Shown here: positions 32,301 to 39,000 of the stretch, piece after piece
How the letters are laid out: the number at the start of each line of letters is the position of its first letter
Numbering within the stretch: position 1 is the stretch's first letter
Virus record (IMG/VR): IMGVR_UViG_3300037067_006130
Location: 1 to 64,000 of that record
Direction: 5' to 3' (one strand)
Source of the DNA: a virus
Taxonomy: Duplodnaviria > Caudoviricetes
DNA: 64,000 nt
Position numbers and translations under genes: made by a program
The notes under the pieces: generated by a model
What the model was told of the DNA's origin: nothing
What the model saw: the letters and a program-made list of their open reading frames with translations, nothing else
Databases searched by the model: none

Positions 32301-34384
32301 CACTACCTGATCCATGGGATAATGAATCAGTAACCTATAAAGGACAAACCAAACGCTTAATTGATTGGAAGAAATATTTTATAGCACAACTCGTTACAAC
32401 CAAACAGTACGACGAAATTTATGGTACTGGCGCTCGTCAGGTTCTATCTCTTGGTGGAAAATTAATGACGATTAATGATGGTGTTCTTAACCAGTTAAGG
32501 TACGAAGCGAGAAAAGAGTACAAAAAGTCAAGCGTAGAGATACTAAGATTAAACTTTGGTAAGGCAAGAGAAACAGCAATTCCTAGCGACAAGGTAATCC
32601 GAGATTTTGAGCAAGGTTTTAAAAAGTTAATTCATGCCTATGCACATGAAGAATCGAATGCAGTTGTAGACTACCTGGCAACTAAAATTCGCAAGATTGA
32701 GCAGGAAAAAAATTCTTCCTATCAGGCAACTGCTGAATACATCAGCAATATGCTTCGCATTATTGGCCATGAGAAAAGGGATATCCCTAACGATTATTTT
32801 AAAGTATTCGATTCGTATATACGATTTACGAACAGAATGTTTTCTCATGTTGTTCTTGGTGCGAATCCAATCGTTCAGTTAGGAAACTATGTTGCTGGTG
32901 ATGCTACTACGCTAATCAGTATGCCTGAAATGCTTATGAAAGGATATAAGGAGGCGATTATCAATCCTAAAAATCTTAAAAAAGCATGGATTCTAATGAC
33001 AGCCTATAAGGTTTTAAACCTAAGTCATAGTTTAAGACTTGAAGATGCTAGTCGTTTAAGACAATGGTTGGATAATAAAGAGTACTGGTTCTTAGATAAA
33101 ACAGAAAAAGCCGTTGCTCTTAAAGTATTCCTTGCCCTATGCGGAAAACAACTTGATGCATACGACAACAATGCTAAACTTATTAAAGGTCGTGAAAAAG
33201 ATGAGATAAGCCTTGAACAGATTAAGTATATCGTTGACATCATGGCTTTCACACAAGGCCCATATAGTACATCATCAAAACCACCTGCAGCGTATTCAAC
33301 AGGTGGAAATCTTGCATTACTATTTAAAGTTTGGATGCTTACTCGTAAGCACGACATGTTTGCTCGACCATATACCGATAAACGAGGTATGGAAAGAGCA
33401 GGATTTATCTCGAGAGAAACAATCGGACTATTGGCCATTGCAAACTTTAACAAAAAGTCTTTTGAGGAAAGGAAACGACTAACCGAAGAGGCCGATCAGA
33501 AACAGTTTAAAGGCTATTTTAGCTACGAAACGTGGTTAGAGCATAAGATGAGGCAGAGTAAATATGAAAAAGGTTCTAATGGGGATTATAAGATTCCTTA
33601 TGATAGGAAAACGCTTGAGAATATTACCAAAGCATCATTAGCGATTGCCTATACCGCACTTGTGTACTATCTAATTCATAAAAAAGAGGATGATGATCCT
33701 TACGGAGAAAAGGCTTCAGCAGATTACTGGTTTAGAACGATAATTCTAGGCCCAGTGGCAACGTTTACTTTCTTAGATCCTGATAAGATCATGAACCCAT
33801 CAAAGCTAAAAGCATCTGATTTTTTTCCTCAGATTAGAGTTTGGGAATCAATGATGAGAGGTGCGTCTGATTTTGGTGGACTTGTATATGAGTTCTTTAA
33901 ACGTCGTTCAGATAAAAATTATCGTAATCCGAATTTATACTACGGAAAAGATAGTAAATCTAAGATGGGTACCGAAGGAGAATCTAGAATTCCTGAAGAT
34001 TTCTTTAATCTGATTGAAATGGGTGGTGTTATGAAGCAAATAGCGATTGCCTACCATCAATATGAATTAGACGATAAATTTCCGTTCTATAAAAAGAAAC
34101 AAACGGTGCTCGATAAGGAGGGTGCCAAGAAATTTAATACTTCAATCGATCTGATTAAGGAGCAACAACGACTAAAAATGACTCCTGAAATGCTCGAAAG
34201 ATATGAGAAAATGCGGATAAAGAGAGATTCTGTAATTAATGCAAGAAAAACTCAGCTATTTGATGCTAAGTTTAAAGAAAATCCGACTAAATTTGAAGAA
34301 ATTAAGAAAGAGGTCGATGATAAGGGTAAACTTTCGGTAAGAAAAACCCAGGCACGTATTAACGCACTACAAAAAAAGAAATAG
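17354..34384 (+). CDS. Giant virion-associated RNA polymerase polyprotein (fused two-barrel RNAP plus accessory domains)
   Basis: 5676-aa uninterrupted ORF. RAGKDFDADG at nt 25208-25222 (residues 2619-2623) matches the DFDID-type catalytic motif of crAss-like vRNAPs, with upstream KRG...TG and DGLAIGS motifs. HELAH at 28433 and HEYGH at 29456; P-loop at 27680; SLOG-like at about 28700; PD...DFK at 30287-30340. Confidence 0.85.
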   Translation: MAYPLGPDNNQSQGFDLFGKIVKPEELELVKKDTTYNETMYNTLAGEGKYPFSSYDQFQKETMDPEIWKKNKEEKLQKDIEEKKRLKDEYMKGQATMQHGDYYNTPEGQELKKKQAEVETSDDDLEKFKIEHTENYKPLVDEFEALDKDPANYEKNIQNFKAKLDSIYGKQSGLAFEKIAIHHVDNVDKSQRERNEDGTYKNPLYKNTSDEITQESAITQQKYLKRSFDEAQKFIQSPEGQDEVMRRVTSQVGDMVKQYKQNYAKLTPAQKISFEQAYNGAIQDELSAVHKEKYSQMMESSAKAVPEEVQQYVSTALKNIRDNAKNSTYEERQKNLELIENTAIGEIKDPELRKKLFSNPEALKEFRSDLRFYMHNNTDYFLDQNGWNPDIVKNNTRYYQDVILKAQTPTKQAMEDHYEQKDNLQKLIGNTVPSKTLANSKTTNEVLLEMLNSPLESWQSLEVDISKAIDSKKDIRLVTQPTLKDNWNAIDISKKIKYDESLSFGENALANIWGIKKTKPFEWTDEKQSRLDSLAKYALGVDTYDKLIDQSIKMSNSMFATEDFKQQELKNQAIWNTQKAVAENAKKQYDELLLERNKGIYEYDRLKRIAESNKPEGEKDGVITRTLTSFAHSLGSVLQGTAEQSIALDNLLSKAGIKSSDSQRSNLRAWSQLGSEVARDLPIAESKKEEFISGLAPYIALAATTILTKNPTVAYASSGAFGYMGVGEATQSIEDYENQTGKTLSERQALGAKAMYALAYTLPMAEYLGKLIPKGLIGKGMATVFKSNPKMFIQSGEEMVNAYLKKYPKALPLLERVLDYGKKMASGTTHSVVTMEAINTMKELGNNWFMEKKWDWDEYLQNSAKSLESGIAFGVLVSPFSIAMANKATRDRRNQQGSVYLAQDKNGNTVEVIHDGKDVYGLSPKGEKVKLTEEQIANQVVVPVKIFDQNVKYFREHGTTDPNINRDVVSESVKTKLNEVSTSDGTVYFTKDNQGNMFLIRGYNKEKGEYSLYTKNFGEVKMSEKDFQANMEQVQKVESDALYRNFMQEYDKNSGIVTEPIVERTKIEETPKAKTETEKVEVEKPKVEKPKTEEITITTDEFQKLGLLEKDTKGEFVPLTIDKAEEKLKEVYSKQNEIPEVNRTEEDMHKLEILDQQEQALTSFIEKEKPSFEKSKPVSVKETPKPVEKVVEEPIVKTGSLKDKAINKFAQNRARSEKNIRNLNEELTTQFGPEFTSKIAEQIDKVTPEAVDGKFVAEQRKADRQFNDYAKKHDEIAGKDFGLSNRVTSPQVEAIKMLEKTAILPKSGMVEIDIHEANDMIFEGVTKIQYLKQNKDNDIQKLSELQSRLFALMASEKTNAYNKETLDFLKSAHTLNEDQLNQKKVDIQKEINKNEKALEKKKEYNLSKRQIESKEKFVKDSKQLLDVIDEEIASKQIKSKEKKVAKAKVEKKPRAKKKPKVKEEVDIETEVKEMMAEHGTAKPKPLKDIISSLEELENAKLYAPKADGSDKYSELFPKIRVDNIKTFIGVIKKAMMDSGMDSFEKAAMEAIRLARQVAKENPKFNTDHPAIEDLFYKLFSFKYEPKNEFQLKVANAVNELFNNSIPKIKAALEEHQHSSSLLTTSEQRLEEQRKNLSPLFDAMARESKLQKNFLEREFHSRVRMGKYKLKDSEDYLKFLDKLEHSTDDFDDYLLSSLYENNVNWDTFLSYLNFYSTVDLHRFESIKIFINGKDANKYERTFLNPEFDLDSLIKPFMSKINNFRIDHKDGTHSEGEKALSTRIGQYINEHNKFVREYDHENPNKAKIFEHDLQFLEDVTGISKEIWRDHYFYDNDKKENETLMRVVDEKGNEKYVKTVFNSFKDIIDFNHYKANESIEDLTSLGIKKIDLPKGSTFVDSKPYYAPDKTSLSSKMMGSFAGKYNTQVGKEKKSNKEFMFDFMTKGVKGVFANIVKLSTSKKGGLGLMVRDLDGKQFAAYVQDFPALKTLKKAFDVQEHPFMQKLKKLGVQPTIMYQQGIKGYDFEKGNKKENSIENQHISPEDFWVSQMIQFFDGDKTYYANAGQFSDRKMLLHVNAPKLSRTKSPVASEKWLTENLPDYEDVVQAYISDYGERIKTTFNIDHAGLENFVKDFVYNFARNTKDLMEIIHGNLKQYDGGFIQILKRGATRTSTGLGTIPTSGIPREFKVMVAEDLKELGFNDSEFAVMDGLAIGSSKFMANYGKNLGSIYNRVLELGDFKTSKSLVDFLDDKGMRTICKANFVDISVFVDTFGGAKWKALADFMDKNGIDVFTTDKAVKLNGSKLLDNPHSSSKGSLALFKKDGTLNDIPTEHIEKFKQTWSLDNVISQQELRKKVGAEGKGKVPIQLKTNLIALPSFSGYLEHVNKQIDITLAELEKKFNGMTKPEEIKSFVIELFTKEFANVTIDPDTGEENILDSEGSKLDPKNLEGNALLVYRRLSSGASINEPFIRESIVRKVLSYIEREGLTLDGNRQGTYLIPDVFGHLKDYRPSKDSRYTLLPQVAANLPGGRYPKFFVTEKEAISHIEKNSKQHSDLYNDKGKLNDWEVEEVDGKFMVPGEMVFVNFVPGTNYHSHPLGRLTLRSVGNSSSVSATLASRAGKDFDADGAYLLFLFKDKQGNIILDESKKGRSNQSILAIKKDFNDSNNLQMLMNPIDTEKYDVPVLKVIDKLYPPDKSRTFDKKLYWHPWALQEARIISLDGVNLKAIATNHATTYSYLNAIKPDIKKFTAKNGKQYTTSFPIPRYDDKGKQQGSIKLDGIPEDVFNVYKEHHGNITNLCFDNMTDPKIGRMGYNVWTSNLFEFALINDSSLSSKNYKTAQLLDKAVTQRIKELSIFFNRPVFKMFAVECDRFNKSNEFYSTSEVQKLAFTEVERMFNSKEPADVVALDKLMKYSSDLNVIKGVQKLTEQTPKSYEEYAASLDSIKRLMTNGLYFYDTRAFLNDTQRELTPLLENAIKSLMAAENLAFKKSIETSKIAQFVVHEIKNKIALEKGSERGVWLGTETVKKIMNNLQAFISLNALVKDVEPGTIADKLINDFPMYKTKFMNNKFMDFVQVEDRADITDIKNIKLREEKTIQVPTIFRTINLTPEQLKEIHDDFDALPAELKDALYTYMIYEHGIKNAITTGTYYQFMSDKFLNEKAKVIESEMQRWEQNDFGELTAGQISQVLVDNIKEFLKGNRGKVRFKYETKHKYDVQDLKNNFSEFVGSFSLADHQKYANIKTEAQFIKFIEAKGVTYEDFKTALIYHITENGIKVNPKTMISDYFSNPENFVKVEKMDHKMASADNITGKDTTTLVESEKGNRTASTRSFPLGSFKNENLAYAEKDIPGRLIRLEGGKELYVVEKVEQLTKDVLADPTFPERWSKKELWTPEYFKKVLGGPTVHEGSWQTTWRKIDRSELKMAHAGGNKVANELPIDYHGSIVFASIGTGKSVFVSQKQGVLDADDLLREILDDHGIEYDVNNFGLKGYENIDTIWDDLRQLLTDKLNEGHTIFGSNFFLLHEDLGKDLVKYALLEKDTNLLHDRTTQRAKAEGRNEIQIDYLNRRVRQEVDAFKDLGKNRKELGGKFVSDHFNPETQSKLGNISEKVVFGKLEVINTNQGRTNELSLKDLSERILTMNPEIEKLVNKLILSYPNSKVILYLDKIDPLGSAALGTDNNIEMYKDSVGEGFEQRLYHELAHLETKDKINKDKQLRSELEKLLALSRKETTTPGLYGYSNVHDFAAEYISNPEFKKELSGAIVNKLDKLFKDKEIKNQYTNQTTTGIIKIISGGQLGVDMAGLDAAKEIGIETGGTAAAGYKQSVSKEKNINNKNLKITYGLKEGKTTRRQGKFGEYNDVYHQRTIDNAQEADGTIWFGKEDSPGGKLTLGREAQRGKPEPLVNPNNVKEIKDWVINNNIKILNVAGNREWTNPGIYNKARRILVDALKSNGDIIKNQLPKTAHEALLTNDPELAEFMIDHLVKSFPEIEMFKSRDNFIKFCETNAKRGLVFDTRAIGHAFANAVYIDPKKAFQSTPVHEYGHIYYDSLPDSNTSKKILRQLFTENGLSLSEIDENIVFEIGRAGVKLAINQLELSKKNKLEKELPKFWESVKKVWSKPKFKTKDDFINDIVEQMWNREPNENDRFNQQVVRNMIVEQDPNGDPTFEERTEPDGHNSLWEKGGKRLITPSGLKSILTSGNRFNEEDYIKIKLRQTQLGDRKSVTLAETKRLEAQVKFITESGNDVHSLCAAYFEEDPFISKALIAEILKKKVVDANEVLKGLVNLRKFIETKWGKNVKYYAEHTFANVKNRLAARPDLIIEVAPNELVYMDFKSSDASFFNKDGSYNGKVTETHGLFGKPLEFVPNTIENQRKVQFSLTKYILENQNNGSKEKNKIVGMYVVPISTSLNITQNEDGDWNYTIENVDMKKPIPITPMTDPAMRGIQKFIDRTKDLGKNYLKLKKEFGNTHNDYDLHNTGQLMDMMENITNTTLDKTSMFDVMNINKTGIANIEDTLLSISEDEGGKSYLPSDIHGDKSLPFEEILAASNPENPLNRKKLEASISDNVVESIKRKIAPLEHENWVENSTGHFYDPISKKGFEAIGYKDLVSEITSPAKVSEGDSIGIPIQYTDSSGNKRLITEIATIKSIHHDSKSPSKSYVIAESENGEFIRLDSLDPHDGILREVKKWITTSAFEKKRMQESLDAVEEAKQFPYQPTMGYQEVYKRSRHVVPEGIDMNTPKSMREYSRYLEMIKEFKTLNDFSDIINKEPERILKIFREIQFNDKKYITPFKKLIIELMHAKMLAERIRFENREGQRAFPLITGMLGDWMVNPGDKILERLFGQIITNPSWRMIHTIPNYFVAENVAMDHMTHALYKENYEMSMVSDELAKWNSKIKADPMFRMSDIITIRNGSWYLKHPSTISGSGLDSEFANYIYEKWEKYEGVSHDVTKPIRIPSQSASVSELNERYASLNLGPLLTRRIRNASLPDPWDNESVTYKGQTKRLIDWKKYFIAQLVTTKQYDEIYGTGARQVLSLGGKLMTINDGVLNQLRYEARKEYKKSSVEILRLNFGKARETAIPSDKVIRDFEQGFKKLIHAYAHEESNAVVDYLATKIRKIEQEKNSSYQATAEYISNMLRIIGHEKRDIPNDYFKVFDSYIRFTNRMFSHVVLGANPIVQLGNYVAGDATTLISMPEMLMKGYKEAIINPKNLKKAWILMTAYKVLNLSHSLRLEDASRLRQWLDNKEYWFLDKTEKAVALKVFLALCGKQLDAYDNNAKLIKGREKDEISLEQIKYIVDIMAFTQGPYSTSSKPPAAYSTGGNLALLFKVWMLTRKHDMFARPYTDKRGMERAGFISRETIGLLAIANFNKKSFEERKRLTEEADQKQFKGYFSYETWLEHKMRQSKYEKGSNGDYKIPYDRKTLENITKASLAIAYTALVYYLIHKKEDDDPYGEKASADYWFRTIILGPVATFTFLDPDKIMNPSKLKASDFFPQIRVWESMMRGASDFGGLVYEFFKRRSDKNYRNPNLYYGKDSKSKMGTEGESRIPEDFFNLIEMGGVMKQIAIAYHQYELDDKFPFYKKKQTVLDKEGAKKFNTSIDLIKEQQRLKMTPEMLERYEKMRIKRDSVINARKTQLFDAKFKENPTKFEEIKKEVDDKGKLSVRKTQARINALQKKK

Positions 34385-34385
34385 T

Positions 34386-34943
34386 ATGGCAGCACCAGCA
34401 GGAACTTCAGTAAGAATAGAGACCGATATCTTTAATGATGCGTCTAAACTTATCATCATTGACAAGTCGGTATGGATGTCCGAAGCGAGTACAGTTAAGG
34501 ATGTTCAGTTAACCATTGTGTCGAATACATCTATGAATGGTTACTATCATGACATTGTTCTTAACAGTGGCAGTAAGGTAGAATTGACCGCCTTTATTTC
34601 ACAAGGATTACAACTAGCTCCTTCTACATTCTTTAAAGATGGTGTTCAGTGTGATTTAGACGCATTCCCTGATGGTCGCTACGAGATAACATTGTCGGTA
34701 AAATATTCTAACGATTGGGTTTCAACCTATACCGACAACCAAGGATTTATACCATTCGTGGAGAATGCGATTCAACGCGTCCAGATCGATATGAAAGGAA
34801 GTGCATTGGAACGATTCGTAAATATTCACATATACGCTTATGGTGCTAAAGCAGCAGGTTCAGTCGGTAAGATCGAACAATTTGATACCTTAGTTGACTT
34901 AATCAATGCGAAGCTGAATAATTACCTAATCTCCTATCCATGA
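34386..34943 (+). CDS. Putative structural (tail/fibre attachment) protein
   Basis: 185-aa ORF between vRNAP and fibre genes, tightly coupled to neighbours. Confidence 0.45.
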   Translation: MAAPAGTSVRIETDIFNDASKLIIIDKSVWMSEASTVKDVQLTIVSNTSMNGYYHDIVLNSGSKVELTAFISQGLQLAPSTFFKDGVQCDLDAFPDGRYEITLSVKYSNDWVSTYTDNQGFIPFVENAIQRVQIDMKGSALERFVNIHIYAYGAKAAGSVGKIEQFDTLVDLINAKLNNYLISYP

Positions 34944-35239
34944 CAACTGCTGATTTATACAATGCCATACTAAATGCTCGGTGGTATATCGCTGAGCATG
35001 CTACCATTCTCAGTCAGTACGAAGAGAATGATGATCCAAACCTTAAAAAACAGCAAGAACGTATAATGAATGTTATTCTTAACACAAAACTGTTAGAGAA
35101 TCATTATACCCAAATTCTTCAGAAATCAGGTGGAGATGTAAATGCTTTAATTGATAGCGTTACGTATTTGAGCGTCGAAGAGATAGTCCTACTGGTATCA
35201 CGTAACCAAGAACTATGCGATTTGCCAATCAAAAACTAA
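34940..35239 (+). CDS. Hypothetical helical protein, likely structural
   Basis: 99 aa, ATGA overlap with the previous gene. Confidence 0.5.
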   Translation: MTTADLYNAILNARWYIAEHATILSQYEENDDPNLKKQQERIMNVILNTKLLENHYTQILQKSGGDVNALIDSVTYLSVEEIVLLVSRNQELCDLPIKN

Positions 35240-35243
35240 TGCT

Positions 35244-36053
35244 ATGAGTAAAAAAGTTCCTATTCTTAACCCCGATATGAATCTTGGGCAGGATTTTAGC
35301 GGGAACGTTGCTATAAGTCCTGATGAAGAGTTCGTTAATAAAAAGATTCCTAGTCAAACCCAGCCAATCTTTAATCCAGAAGTAGGTAGTGGGCAACAAC
35401 AGATTGTTGTTGGGCCTCCTGGCCCTTCGGGTGCCGACGGTGCAGACGGACAAGACGGAGCTGATGGAGCTGACGGTGCAACCGGCCCTGTCGGACCTGA
35501 TGGTAGACCAATCGAACTTCAAAAATCAGCAACTCATATTCAGTGGAGATATGTCGGTGATGTATCATGGACTGATCTAGTCGCGCTAGAGGATATTACA
35601 GGCCCTTCGGGTGAAACTGGTCCGACTGGTCAGACAGGAGCCACAGGAGCCACAGGAGCTACTGGTGCTACAGGGGAAACAGGTGCAACAGGAGCCGATG
35701 GGCAAACTGGCCCTGCAGGTGCGGATTCATCTTCGCTATACTGTTATAAAATTGTAGTTCCAACTGGTGCAAGCGTTACTGCGAGATGTGCCGCAATGAT
35801 TCCGGGAACAGAATACCCTGATGATTGGTTGTTAGAAGTAAGTACGAATACTAATGACCTTAAGATTACCCATTCGCTTGCAGGAAAGCAACTCGCAATG
35901 GTTAGCGTATTTGAGGTAACAAGTGGTGTATCTATGCTTCTAATTGGTACCGCAGCCTATACTGGTGTAAAGAATCTATCCGATTACGTTGTGGAGATTA
36001 ATGGGTTCTGTACGGTTCAGAAACAACTTATTTTAAATCTCATTTTTATTTAA
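35244..36053 (+). CDS. Collagen-like (Gly-X-Y) fibre protein
   Basis: Two GXY runs ([16 protein letters not shown]..., [19 protein letters not shown]...) separated by the [16 protein letters not shown]...W..LVAL linker typical of phage collagen fibres. Confidence 0.8.
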   Translation: MSKKVPILNPDMNLGQDFSGNVAISPDEEFVNKKIPSQTQPIFNPEVGSGQQQIVVGPPGPSGADGADGQDGADGADGATGPVGPDGRPIELQKSATHIQWRYVGDVSWTDLVALEDITGPSGETGPTGQTGATGATGATGATGETGATGADGQTGPAGADSSSLYCYKIVVPTGASVTARCAAMIPGTEYPDDWLLEVSTNTNDLKITHSLAGKQLAMVSVFEVTSGVSMLLIGTAAYTGVKNLSDYVVEINGFCTVQKQLILNLIFI

Positions 36054-36063
36054 AATATTTTTT

Positions 36064-39000
36064 ATGGAATATACCTCTGAAGTTGCTTGGAGTTCGGTCA
36101 TTCGGAACGTAGTCATGATAGATTCGATTACCTATCAGATCGATCTATCCCATGACGATCCCAATGAACCAGGAGCAACACAAGAACTTTGTCAGGTGGG
36201 GTATTACCTTAGAGATTTTATCGGTCATACTTATTTTGTTACTCAGATTAATGGTACGAATCCACTTCAGATTGAGGTTGAGGATTTCCTAGAATGTGGT
36301 ATTGGGCCACAACTTGATCAGACTGGGTACGTTTACGCTACCGTAGATGATAATGATGCATACCTTATCGCACCGATAAAGTATGGTCGACTAGATCCTA
36401 CTGCTCGAGATTATGCTCTCGCTTACGAGATGGAAGTGCTTTGGAAACATCGTGGAGTTTCACTATGGGATAAGAATGCATCTCCTTCTGCAAAGTATGT
36501 CGATAATATTACACGGTTAAAGTTTTCAGATGAATTTTCGATAAGTATAAACAATACTGATACCGGATGGAAGGGTGGAAATGTTTACGATGTTAGCATT
36601 AAACCGTGGAGACTTTATCAACCAGATGGAACGAACCCATTCGTGTATACCGATAATAACGGTAAACTTCATATAGAAGGGGATATTATCAATACAGGTG
36701 AACCATGGATTACCCATGCAGAGCATGTTTATACAACCGATAATGAGATTGTACTTCGTGATGGTGCCGTAGCTGCTTTAGGAACGAATGAGTATGTGGG
36801 ATTTCGTGCAAAACTTTACGATGGTGTAAACGATGGACACCTAGTTTTTGATAAAGATGGTATTGCTCGAGTAGGTGATGTGGGAAGTACTCAGCCATTA
36901 ACAACAAGGATTGAAGCACCTACCAATAACTATTTTGCTTATTGGGAAAACGCAAATACAAGATTAAATTTTAAGGCAATATCAAAATCAGATTTGCCTA
37001 ATACAATCGTATATACTGATCAGGTCAATGCGTATGGGGATTATGCCCAAACGTTCAAGGATAATATTATTCGAATAAATAATCCTGCTGATACTTTTTA
37101 TTACACCTTAACTGCAGGTGCTATCGGGGATAATAGAATCCTAAATATTCCGGTTATCACCGCAAATGATACCTTGGCTGTTCTTGGACTAGCACAAACT
37201 TTTACAGGTACAAAAACGTTCTACTCAAGTAGATTTAAGATTAATAATCCAGGTAATACTTTTGCCTATACTTTTATCGGTGCAGCATTAGCAGCAAGTT
37301 ATAATATTACACTACCATTGCTAACCAGTAACGATACACTCGTTACAGAGGCATTTGCAGCCACGATAACGAATAAAACGCTTAATGCGACTAATAATAC
37401 CATTACGGATAGTTCTACCGAATTAGGTGATCTATTCAAGAGTAATGGAACTAAGTTTGTAAGGTTTGCGAAGGGAACATCACTTCAGGTTTTAAGGGTT
37501 AACGTAGGAGGTACTGATCTTGAATGGGGAACTATCGGAGAAAGTATGACCTATCCTTCAGGAACAGGATTTACTATTGTTACATCAGGAACTTCTTGGG
37601 GAACAACAATACCCGCCAATCAGGTAGCCTATTTTGGTTCAGCCATAACCGGAACACCATCATCGTCAACCTATCTTAGAGGCGATGGTACGTGGTCAAC
37701 TCCAAGTGGAGGTGTTACTCCTGCAGCTTTGACAAAAACAGACGATACCAATATAACCTTAACACTTGGAGGAACGCCAGCAACGGCTCTTCTCCAAGCA
37801 ACATCGTTAACTCTTGGTTGGACAGGAACCCTAGCCGATGGTAGAATTGCTAGTGCCGCTACTTGGAATGCTAAACAAGCAGGGCATACAAACCTAACCT
37901 CTTTAGCAGGTTTGTCATATGTTTCTACCTCTTTCGTAAAAATGACTGCAGCCGGAACGTTTGCATTGGACACGAATACCTATTCATTAAGTTCACATAC
38001 ACACTACACCGCCGCCGCACTAACTAAAACAAATGACACTAATGTTACCTTAACGTTAGGTGGTACACCCGCTACTGCTCTGCTTCAGGCAACCTCTTTA
38101 ACGTTAGGATGGACTGGCACGTTAGCGGATGGTAGAATTGCTTCAGCAACGACTTGGAACGCCAAGCAAACTGGTCATGCCAATCTTACTTCTCTTGCAG
38201 GATTGACCTACGCTTCTGCTTCGTTTGTAAAAATGACTGGTGCGAATACATTTACCCTTGACACGAACACATACCTCTCTAATACTCCATCGGCACTAAC
38301 TAAAACAAATGACACGAATGTTACGCTAACTCTAGGAGGAACACCAAATACTTCTTTACTACAAGCTGTTTCGTTGACATTGGGTTGGACAGGTACATTG
38401 GCTGATGGCAGAATAGCCTCTGCAGCAACATGGAATGGTAAGCAAACAGGACACGCGAATTTAACATCACTTGCCGCTTTATCTTATGTTTCCGCATCAT
38501 TCGTTAAGATGACTGCTGCAGGTACGTTTACTCTTGATACCAATACTTATTTAACTAGTGCTGTTACATCAGTTGCCATGACTGTACCTACTGGTTTAAC
38601 TGTTACTGGGTCTCCTATTACTACTTCTGGTACTTTAGCGTTAACATTTACATCTGGTTATTCAATACCTACAACTGCTAATCAAACTAATTGGAGTTCT
38701 GCCTACACATTTACTAATGGATATACAACTAATTACCCAGATTTAGTTGCAATTGAAGCATTATCAGGTACTAGTGGATTACTTAAAAAGACTGCCGCTG
38801 ATACGTGGGCTTTGGATACCAATACTTATTTAACGGCTATTACTAAAAGTATGGTTGAGGCTGTGCTAACCGGGGCAATTACTACCCATACCCATAGCTA
38901 TCTGCCCTTAACAGGTAAGGCTGCTGATAGTGAATTACTAGATGGGATTAGCTCGATTGGATTTGGTCGTGCTTATTCGGGTGGTTCTGCTTTTGGTACA

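Noticed and set aside
35244-36053. Collagen repeats as a novel system
   Set aside because: Gly-X-Y fibres with this linker are common in phages.
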